From: Torpedo marmorata
Lineage: Eukaryota
Direction of reading: 5' to 3'
Length of the DNA: 64,000 nt
NCBI GenBank assembly: GCA_977017645.1
Contig: OZ360248.1
Coordinates: 19,716,001-19,780,000 of the forward strand
Positions 25,151-34,904 of this stretch are shown piece by piece; within the stretch, counting starts at the first letter, position 1, and each line of letters starts with the position of its first letter. Both the position numbers and the translations under genes were made by a program. A model generated the notes under the pieces. The model did not search any database. It was not told the DNA's origin and saw only the letters and a program-made list of their open reading frames with translations.

Positions 25151-28100
25151 CTGTGGAAGACTCACTGATAAAGAATATGCATGCACAAATCCCTCTCAAG
25201 TAGAAAAAAAAGTAAATCACGAAAATCTGTAGACACCGTGGTTGAAGTAAAAACATAAAATGCTGGAGAAGCTCAGCAGGTCAAACAGTGTCCTTTATGT
25301 AGCAAAGGTAAAGATACATAACTGATGTTTCGGGCTTGAGCCCTTCATCAAAGTATGAGAAAATGCTGGCAGGTGTCTGAACAAAAGAGTTGGGGGGGGG
25401 TGGCAAACAATCCCAACCTCATCATCAAACCCACAGACAAGGGTGGTGCGGTTGTGGTCTGGCGCACTGACCTCTACCTTGCCGAGGCCAGTTGACAGCT
25501 CTCACACACTTCCTCCTAATGACCACTCCCACAGGACCCCACCACGGTACATCAGGCCACTGTCTCCAACACCATCTCCAACCTCATCACCTCTGGTCAC
25601 CTCCCCTCCATGGCCACCAACCTCATTCTCTCCCACCCCGCACTGCCCGTTTCTACCTTCTACCCAAGATACACAAACCCAACCATCCGGGCAGACCCAT
25701 TGTTTCTGCCTGCTCCTGCCCCACCGAACTAGTTTCATCTTACTTTGACTCTATCTTTTCTCCCCTGGCCCAATCCCTCCCCACCTCACATGCCCTCCAT
25801 CTCCTCAATGATTTCAGATTCCCCGAACCGGACCGCCTCATCTTCACAATGGACGTCCAATCCCTTTATACCTCTATCCCCCACACAGAAGGTCTCAAAG
25901 CACTTCGCTTCTTCCTGGACCAAAGACCCAACTAGTCACCCTCTACCACCACCCTCCTCCGCCTGTCAGAACTTGTCCTCACTCTAAATAACTTCTCCTT
26001 TAACTCATCCATTTCCTCCAAATCAAAGGAGTAGCCATGGGTACCCGCATGGGTCCCAGCTACGCCTGCCTGTTTGTGGGCTTTGTGGAGCAATCCATGC
26101 TGCAAGCCTACACAGGCAAGACCCCTCAACTCTTCCTCCAGTATATCGACGACTACATCAGGGCTGCCTCATGCACCCATGATGAGCTTGTCAACTTCAT
26201 CCACTTCGCGGCCAACTTCCACCCTGATCTTAAACTCACCTGGTCCACCTCCGATAACACTCTCCCCTTCCTGGATCTCTCTGTCTCCATCTCAGGAGAC
26301 AAGCTTTCCACCGACATTTACTACAACCCTCTAACTCCCACAACTACCTGGACTACACCTCCTCACACACTGTCCCCTGCAAGGATTCCATCCCCTTCTC
26401 TCAATTTCTCGGTCTCCGCCGCATCTGTTCCCAAAAGATGAGGTCTTCCAGTCCAGATCTTCTGAAATGTCTGCCTTCTTCCACAAACGTGGCTTCCCCT
26501 CCACCACTATCAACTCAGCCCTCACCCGCATCTCCTCCATTTCCCGCTCATCTACCCTGGCCCCCTCTGCCCCCAGACGCAACAAACATAGAATCCCCCT
26601 CATCCTCACCTACCACCCCACCAGCCCCCGCATCCAACACATTATCCGCCGGAATTTCCGGCACTTACTACAGGATCCCACCACCAGACAAATTTTTCCT
26701 TCTCCTCCACTCTCGGCCTTCCGCAGGGACTGCTCCCTCCGCGATTCCCTCATGCACTCATCCCTCCCCACCTATCGCACCCCCAGCACCTTCTCCTGTG
26801 CCCGCAGGAGGTGCAACACTTGCACCCACATCTCCCCCCTCACCACGGTCCGGGGCCCCAAACAGGCCTTCCAAGTGAAACTACACTTCACTTGTACATC
26901 CAGAGAACTTATTTACTGCATCCGGTGCTCCCTTTGTGGCTTTCTCTACATCGGAGAGACCGTTCATAGATTGGGAGATCGCTTCGCTGAGCACCTCCTC
27001 TCCTTCCGCAACAACAGCGACCTCCCAGTAGCCAACCATTTCAATTCCGGGTCACACTCCCACACTCACATGTCTGTCCATGGCCTTATGTACTATCCTA
27101 CCCAGACCACCTGCAAATTGGAGGAACAACACCTTATTTTCTGTCTGGGCACTCTCCAGCCAGATGGCATTAACATTGATTTTTCTGCTTGCCCCTAAAC
27201 CTGCTCGCCTTTATTTTCCCCTCCCCCCTTCCCTGTTGTGGTAAACCACTGTATATATGTTTGTACTCGTCTGGACACGCCCCTTGCTGACTGTGCCTGT
27301 GGCTCCTCCCACAGACCCCTGAATAAAGGCCACTGTGCCACAGCTTCCTCCCCAGTCCAGTCCAGACGACCAGCATGGACGTGCCTCCATTCTGATGTAA
27401 ATAAAAGCCTATCAGTTTCTACATAACTTCTAGTCTTTCGGAGTTATTGATGGTTCATCAATTTTGCTTACATCATTTTGATAATGGAGCAGATCCTGAA
27501 ACCAGAAAAGCTGGAACTCGACCCACAATCGCCTGAGGCATCCAACAGCTTCGAACACTGCCTGTGTTGTTTTGAAGCGTTCCTGCGGGCCTCCGCTGCT
27601 GTCGTTCAATCAGAGGACGAGAAACTGCAGGTACTACATTCCCGGGTCAGGCCCCGGGTATATTCGATGATCATGGACGCCAATTGTATCCGGAGGCCAT
27701 GAAAATACTGAGAAGCCAGTACCTGAAGAAGGTAAACGAGGTCTATGCTGGGCACCTCCTGGCTACTCGAAAACAGTGACCCGGGGAATCGAGCGCCGAG
27801 TACCTTTGAACTCTCGGATGGGCCTGTGGCTGCAAGGCCGTGACAGCCGCAGTGAACACGGAGGACCTGATCAGAGACGCCTATGTCGTGGGTATCAGAT
27901 CCAACTATATACGGCAGAGACTGTTGGAGCAGGGTGAGCTCGACTTACAGAGGGCAGTCGACCTAGCAGGCACGCTAGAAGTGGCCCTCCAAAATATGGA
28001 CGCTCACTCAGCCGACAACGCGGCCGCCTCGTGGTTACCACGGGTGCTGCCATCTTGGGATGCGGGAGGGCCGCAAGCCTGCGGAACACCACCACCGCCA

Positions 28101-28902
28101 CGTCGTGCCAGCGACCCGACCACGGTCGCTATACTCCGCGAGCAACCGAAGTGCTACTTCTGCGGCCTGGACAAGCATCCCAGAAAACGCTGCCCGGCGA
28201 AAGACGTGGTCTGCTCTAGCTGCGGAAAGAAAGGGCACTATACAAAGGTCTGCAAGTCCAAGCCGCCTTCTTGGACGCTGCCATCTTCCCAACCCAGCAG
28301 CGCTGCGTGGGGGCCGCCATCTTGGACGCCACCATCTTGGGACCGAACACCCCACCACTTCTACAGAGCCCGATAGCGACTCAATACTGGCCTCCATCAC
28401 GCTGGATCAAGGGATTCCTCATCAACTCGCCAGATCGATGATGGACATCGAGGTGGACAGCCACTCGACGAGCTGCCTGTTCAATAGTGGGAGCACGGAG
28501 AGCTTCATCCACTCCGACACGGTGCAGCATTACCGCCTCGCGGTAAGGCCGGAAAGCCACAAAGTCTCCATGGCCTCAAAGTCCCACATGGCAGATATTC
28601 GCGGCTACTGCGTAGTGACTCTGATTGTGCTGGGCACAGAGTACAAAGACTTTAAACTCCTCGTCATGTCACAGCTCTGCGCTGCCGTGCTACTGGGGCT
28701 GGACTTTCAATGCCATCTTAAAAGTGTGACGTTGGAGTACGATGGGCCCCATCCCCCTCCCCCTTACTGTCTGTAATCCGCAGTTTTTAAACTGCCCACC
28801 GCGCTTCACCCACAAAAACTCCCCGGCCTCCCCTCCCACCGCGTCCAGCCAGCAACCCGCAGATTGCCCACCGCGCATGACCTGCAGCCTTTCTACCCTG
28901 AG

Positions 28903-31900
28903 TATAAGTAACGGTGACTTCGCTCCACCAATAGTCACCTGGAGGCTAAGTGTGGTCCTTGCTTTTGACGCGTTTTATTTAATTTACTGACAAAGTCCAA
29001 TATGTTCAAAAACCTTTATTTTCACACATGACTTGCAGTAATCTTCAATGACTTTAATATAAACAGTTCTTGTAAACGATGTATAATGAGTTCCTTTAAA
29101 TTATTCCTTAAACAATTCCAAAACGATATGAAACACTGTAGATGATGTTAAAGTTATAGAAACATTATAAAACGGTATAAAACGGTCAATAAAGATGTGG
29201 AAACCAGACTCACCCCCCCTACATCTCTATCCTTTCTTTGTTCTCTCTCTCTAATGCTTCTGCGCATGCTCCAACGCGCATACTACAATTCCCAGCCTCC
29301 CACGCGCACTATGACGTCACTCTATACTGCGCATGCGCCCGTCGGCACTCCCGCGCATGCGCATATCAAAGAACGGGCCGACGACGGCCCACAGAACAAC
29401 GCAAGCGCTCCAAGGCCCGACGTGGCCTCGGAGCGCTCAGAGGACGGCCCAGTGAACAACGCGAGCGCTCAATGGCCCGACGTGGCCTAGGAGCGCTCCG
29501 AGGACGGCCCACCGAACTACGCGAGCGCTCCAAAGCCCGACGAGACATCGGAGCGCCGCAACAACGGTAAGTCAATGAGCCTACGGCTCTTACACCGGCC
29601 CCTAATTATTATAATTAGACGTAATGTCTTGAATAATAATTACACTATAAATAATAATAACCATAACATTAAAAACAATACAAATCTTCTTTCTTCCTTC
29701 TTCATAAATCTAGAGTTTACCATAACTCTGATTAAACAAAAGTCTGTAACCTGTGAAATGTACAACAACAAATAAAGTCAGTTTACATTTATCAAAGTTC
29801 CTCTGTCTCCAACAAAAGACAGACCTGGTTAATAGGTCTGTTTAGAAAACCAGTCTTAGTTTTAATTCGCACTTGACGCACAAGTCCTCTTTGTCTTGAA
29901 AAGTCTCAATAATCTTTTCCAAGTAACCAGGAATTTCTTGAAGTTGAATTATCCATAATAATAACAATGTCTCTTTAAAGTTCTTTTATCTTCAAATCTG
30001 AGTTAAAATGTCAATCAGTAAACCTCAAATCCTCCTCAGACAAAATAGATACAGGTTTTCTTTTGAATTTAACACAAGGCACTTCTTCAGCACGTCGTTT
30101 CACTTTATTCCTTTCTTCAGTATTCCACTTCTCATGTGAAGAATTTAAACTCTTAGAATTAGAATTTGAATATTTATCTGATTCTTTCGATTTTAAACAG
30201 GTCTGTTTAACCACTCTGGTTTCTATTGCTCTTTCCTGCAATTCTAAATCCAATTTCGCAACTTTCAATTCAGTCTCAGCTCCTTCCGAGAAATTAATAA
30301 TTTGATCTGAAGTCAAAATATCATGCGATACATTGATAGTTCCATTGTCAATCCTGTTGCGGCATACTTGAAATTTTTTAATTTCTTCGTCTTGCTTGTT
30401 ACATTTCTGCAATGCAATCTCACATTCTTTCTGCATTGTTAATTGTTGAACATTCAATTTACATTCTTGATTGGTTTTAAAAGTCAACTGTTTTGTGTTA
30501 TTAACCAATAACTTGATCTCTTTCAAAACATTAATCTCTTCCTCCAACCTTTTACATTTTGATAATGCTGAATCTCTTTCCTCAATAACTGTATTCATTT
30601 CTTCAGCAGTTATTCTTTTCTTCCGCTTTCTGACTTTGCGAGTTTTACTTACAATTAAATCTTTTTGTTTACTGTTTTCTTGATTATCTAATATTTCCAA
30701 TTCTCCTTTCAACATTTTGTTCTCTGAATTCAATTGCATTAAATTATCATTCACATTATTCATTATTCCATCAACACAATTTTCTGTGTTTTCCAGTTTT
30801 ACATCACATTGCAATAATTCTTCATTAGCTTTGTCTGTTGTAATCTCTGAACTACAAAATCTACATTCAGATTTGTTTTCAGTCACTTGTTTTATTCCTT
30901 TATTTGATTCAATTACACATGAATAATCAATAGTATTATTTGCAATATCTTCTAATACTTCACTTTCATCCATTTCTGACGAAATTAATTCCTTCAATGT
31001 TGTTTTAAATACCACTGATTTATTTTCACATTGATCTGTTTTCTTTTCTTCATAAGTGATTTTCTTATTCACGGTTTTTTGCTCTTCTTTTAACTCTTCA
31101 AATTTCTCAACTGAAATTTTATTAACATTTATCGCTACCTGTTCCTGAGCAATATCATTATTTCTTTCCATTGGTCCATTGATTGCCCAACCAAGTATGG
31201 TTCTAATAGCGTAAGGTCCATTCCTTTTACTTTCTATTACTTCTTTTGGTACCAAAACCTTTGGCACATCTGAACCAATCAGCATTTCTATCTCAGAATT
31301 AATTTCAGGTAAATAAACCTTCCACAGATAAGCTAAATGATGGATATCACTTTGATGAGGAATATTTCCTTCGTTCACAGGCATAGTCTTCTGAGTATAT
31401 ACACTTGGAAGATCACAAAATTTTTTGTCATCCAATCCAGCAACCTCTAAGCCTGAAACAATGTTAGTTTCAACAACCTTTTCTTGTCCCATGGTTTTTA
31501 ACATAATTCTTGATTTTCTTCCTTGAATATTAAGTTTATTCATTAGTCCTTCCGTGCAAAAAGATGCAGTGCTGCCTGGGTCTAGAAATGCATATGTTTT
31601 TACTATTGCATCCCCTTTCTTGGCTTTGACTTGTACAGGCACTATTGAAAGTTTGCAGTTATTCACCCCGGCCCCAGTAAGACCACTTGTCTGAACCGAG
31701 GTTATAACATTATTTTCTGTTGTTTCCTTTTCCAATTCTTTGTTTCTGTTTTGGATATGCAAAATTCTAGGATGTTTAAAATTGCATATGTCACAATTAA
31801 CTCGCTTCTCACAGTTTTTACTGATGTGCCCTTTACACAGACAGCTAAAACATATTCCATTTTCCTTTAAGAAAGCGATCCTTTCCTTATGTTCCTTCCT

Positions 31901-34900
31901 TTCCAATTGTAAACACATTTCCAAAGCATGTCCACCTTTACAGAACAAACAACTCTTTTCATTAGGCAAACTTTCCTTTTCCTTATTTACTTTGTCCTTT
32001 TCTTTATTTATAACTTGCACATTAGTAGCAAAAGTACTCCTTTTCACTTTCGGACTAGACTGTGAATTAGACTTCCTTACATCTTTGCTCATTGAATTAT
32101 CTCTGGTATTTCCATATAGTGGATCTGTTTCAACATACACTTGTCGTTCAAGAAAATTTACCAAATCCTTTAAGGTAATTCTTCGACCATAATTTACTTG
32201 TAAATCACAAGCCAAATTTCTCCATCTATCCCATACCTTGTAAGGTAATTTTTCTAAAATGATTCGCATATTACTATGCACATCAAGCTCACGAATACCA
32301 TCGATTTCTTCCATAGCATTACAACATCCTCTTAAAAACAAAGTATATTCTTGCAAAGCCTTTACATCATTTTGTTTTATTGATGTCCATTTAAGAGCTT
32401 TATCCATATAAGCTAAAGCAATTCGATGTTTGTTGCCAAAATATTGTTCCAATAAATCCTTAGCTTTATCTAATCCTCTTCCTGAAGACATTTGGTTACA
32501 ACTTTTTACCAATTCTTTTGGATGTCCCTTTGTGAACATTTCCAAATAATAAAGACATTCATCTCGATCTTGGCATTTATCTTCAATATTGCGTTTGAAA
32601 GATCTCAAAAATGATTGATATTGAAGTGGATCACCATCAAAAGTTTGTATCTCTTTCTTGGGTAAAGAAGAGAGAGACTGTAACTGAAACAATGATGCAG
32701 CAATTTCATTTTGTCTTTCCTTGGATTTCAATGCATTGCTCTGTTCACTGTCTCGTGTTGTATGCAATGTATCTGGAAACCTTACTGGTGTAGTTTCTTC
32801 CATATTTCTGATGCTTGGCTCATATAACAAAGAAGCTACTTCGTTCGACCGAACCCAATCCGCAGCCTTGCTTTCAGATGTTATTATTGGTACATGTGAC
32901 TCGATACCAATATGCTCTTGAAAGGTTTGCCCTTGTATATGTAAGTTTTGTATCCTTGGTTCTAAAATATCTATCCTTTTGGTTGGTTTCTTTTCCTGTG
33001 ACTCCTTTTTTGAATATGACCTTTTATTATCAGACAATTTAGATAATTTACTGCTAGCACCAGATATCATTGAGCCTTCTGTTGCTTTCTTTTTTGCCTT
33101 GGCAATAGCAATGTTTGCTTCCAACTCCTGCAGTTCTTTTCTCTGCCTTAGCTGCTCCTTCTCTTGTCTTAGCTGCACCTTTAGCTGTTGACTTAGCTGC
33201 TCCTCCTTTTGTCTTAGCTGCTCCTCCTCTTGTTCTAATATAAATTTATCCTTAAGCGTTTTTTGTTGTGCAAGAAGAGCGGCCAATCTAACATCAATCT
33301 TTGTACGTGACGATGCAGAACTTGAAGTACGAGAAACTCTGGAGCTCGAACCAGAACTTCTTTTGCTTCTCCTGCTTTCAGCATTTGAGACACTGTCACT
33401 TGCTTGTATTTCGTCCTGCAGTTCATATGTTGTCTTCATACTTACCTCTTTATCCAATTCGAATTGTATATTCTTTGCATCTTCAACCTCTTCAATTTCT
33501 TCAACATTTGGTGACACAATTTCAGCCATTTCCAAGTTATCTTCTTGTTCAACTAATGAAGCTGCCTCTTCATCCTTTGCCTGCTTCAATCTTTCGATAA
33601 GAACCTTTTTATTTCCACTTATGTCCTTTTTCAGTCGCTTCAATTCTTCTTTAATATCCACAACCTTCATGTCTTCAATACGTTGGTCCTCAACAGCAAC
33701 ATCAGCGGTTGCTGCGTCAGCTGCTGATAAATCAGTAGCTGCTGTATCAGTGGCTGCTGCGGCCATTTTACTCGTCTTGTTCCTCTTTCCTTCAAGCATA
33801 CACAACACTAGTCAAACAACAGTCCCCAATGGACCAGCGGCAGCAATTCCAATCTGTGTTCTTACTTGCTAAAGATACACAGAAGGAGTCCACAGACTTA
33901 TGCCTACCACTTCAAATGACTGTAATGTGCTGCAATCCACAAACGAGTTTCAACCACAACATACGTCACTAATATCACTGATTTTCCAAAAATGGTTTCT
34001 CCAACGTATTTATAGGACACTTTACTATAAGATTTGAAGCTTTAAATCACTCTCTGGCTGTTATTCATGGCAGATGGATGTAGATTACAAACTGCCCCCA
34101 ACTCGAGGCATCTCCAAAATGGCCACCAATTTATATCAGTCCAAAGCACAGAGAGTTTTTTCTATCTTCTTTCCTTCAAACTTCTGTTCCAAACAGCCAG
34201 CCCTTTATTGACTATAAGTAACGGTGACTTCGCTCCACCAATAGTCACCTGGAGGCTAAGTGTGGTCCTTGCTTTTGACGCGTTTTATTTAATTTACTGA
34301 CAAAGTCCAATATGTTCAAAAACCTTTATTTTCACACATGACTTGCAGTAATCTTCAATGACTTTAATATAAACAGTTCTTGTAAACGATGTATAATGAG
34401 TTCCTTTAAATTATTCCTTAAACAATTCCAAAACGATATGAAACACTGTAGATGATGTTAAAGTTATAGAAACATTATAAAACGGTATAAAACGGTCAAT
34501 AAAGATGTGGAAACCAGACTCACCCCCCCTACATCTCTATCCTTTCTTTGTTCTCTCTCTCTAATGCTTCTGCGCATGCTCCAACGCGCATACTACAATT
34601 CCCAGCCTCCCACGCGCACTATGACGTCACTCTATACTGCGCATGCGCCCGTCGGCACTCCCGCGCATGCGCATATCAAAGAACGGGCCGACGACGGCCC
34701 ACAGAACAACGCAAGCGCTCCAAGGCCCGACGTGGCCTCGGAGCGCTCAGAGGACGGCCCAGTGAACAACGCGAGCGCTCAATGGCCCGACGTGGCCTAG
34801 GAGCGCTCCGAGGACGGCCCACCGAACTACGCGAGCGCTCCAAAGCCCGACGAGACATCGGAGCGCCGCAACAACGGTAAGTCAATGAGCCTACGGCTCT

Positions 34901-34904
34901 TACA
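28903..34904 (-). mobile_element. BEL/Pao LTR retrotransposon, non-autonomous (no RT/RNaseH/integrase core), recently inserted
   Basis: 692-bp LTRs at 28903-29594 and 34213-34904 with no differences seen; CTGAG target duplication (28898-28902, 34905-34909); AATTAGGGGCCGG PPT; frameshifted BEL C-terminal remnant (RNSWLLG...RGLVRQVRIKTKTG.L.RPI..VCLLLE) at ~29795-29975. Confidence 0.92.
30011..33808 (-). CDS. Intact 1265-aa chimeric polyprotein: SAP domain, BEL Gag (DUF1759-like, three Zn knuckles), aspartic protease, MIPOL1-like coiled coil
   Basis: SAP-like IEDMKVVDIKEELKRLKKDISGNKKVLIERLKQA; LPKKEIQTFDGDPLQY..F; CLFCKGGH..EMC, CFSCLCKGHISKNC, CDICNFKHPRILH; TYAFLDPGS; C-terminal RITAEEMNTVIEERDSALSKCKRLEEE. 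Confidence 0.85.
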   Translation of the reverse strand: MLCMLEGKRNKTSKMAAAATDTAATDLSAADAATADVAVEDQRIEDMKVVDIKEELKRLKKDISGNKKVLIERLKQAKDEEAASLVEQEDNLEMAEIVSPNVEEIEEVEDAKNIQFELDKEVSMKTTYELQDEIQASDSVSNAESRRSKRSSGSSSRVSRTSSSASSRTKIDVRLAALLAQQKTLKDKFILEQEEEQLRQKEEQLSQQLKVQLRQEKEQLRQRKELQELEANIAIAKAKKKATEGSMISGASSKLSKLSDNKRSYSKKESQEKKPTKRIDILEPRIQNLHIQGQTFQEHIGIESHVPIITSESKAADWVRSNEVASLLYEPSIRNMEETTPVRFPDTLHTTRDSEQSNALKSKERQNEIAASLFQLQSLSSLPKKEIQTFDGDPLQYQSFLRSFKRNIEDKCQDRDECLYYLEMFTKGHPKELVKSCNQMSSGRGLDKAKDLLEQYFGNKHRIALAYMDKALKWTSIKQNDVKALQEYTLFLRGCCNAMEEIDGIRELDVHSNMRIILEKLPYKVWDRWRNLACDLQVNYGRRITLKDLVNFLERQVYVETDPLYGNTRDNSMSKDVRKSNSQSSPKVKRSTFATNVQVINKEKDKVNKEKESLPNEKSCLFCKGGHALEMCLQLERKEHKERIAFLKENGICFSCLCKGHISKNCEKRVNCDICNFKHPRILHIQNRNKELEKETTENNVITSVQTSGLTGAGVNNCKLSIVPVQVKAKKGDAIVKTYAFLDPGSTASFCTEGLMNKLNIQGRKSRIMLKTMGQEKVVETNIVSGLEVAGLDDKKFCDLPSVYTQKTMPVNEGNIPHQSDIHHLAYLWKVYLPEINSEIEMLIGSDVPKVLVPKEVIESKRNGPYAIRTILGWAINGPMERNNDIAQEQVAINVNKISVEKFEELKEEQKTVNKKITYEEKKTDQCENKSVVFKTTLKELISSEMDESEVLEDIANNTIDYSCVIESNKGIKQVTENKSECRFCSSEITTDKANEELLQCDVKLENTENCVDGIMNNVNDNLMQLNSENKMLKGELEILDNQENSKQKDLIVSKTRKVRKRKKRITAEEMNTVIEERDSALSKCKRLEEEINVLKEIKLLVNNTKQLTFKTNQECKLNVQQLTMQKECEIALQKCNKQDEEIKKFQVCRNRIDNGTINVSHDILTSDQIINFSEGAETELKVAKLDLELQERAIETRVVKQTCLKSKESDKYSNSNSKSLNSSHEKWNTEERNKVKRRAEEVPCVKFKRKPVSILSEEDLRFTD

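Noticed and set aside
30011-33808. Domesticated host gene or env-like gene
   Set aside because: Flanked by identical LTRs and a target duplication inside another TE, so recently mobile; no signal peptide or transmembrane segment seen.
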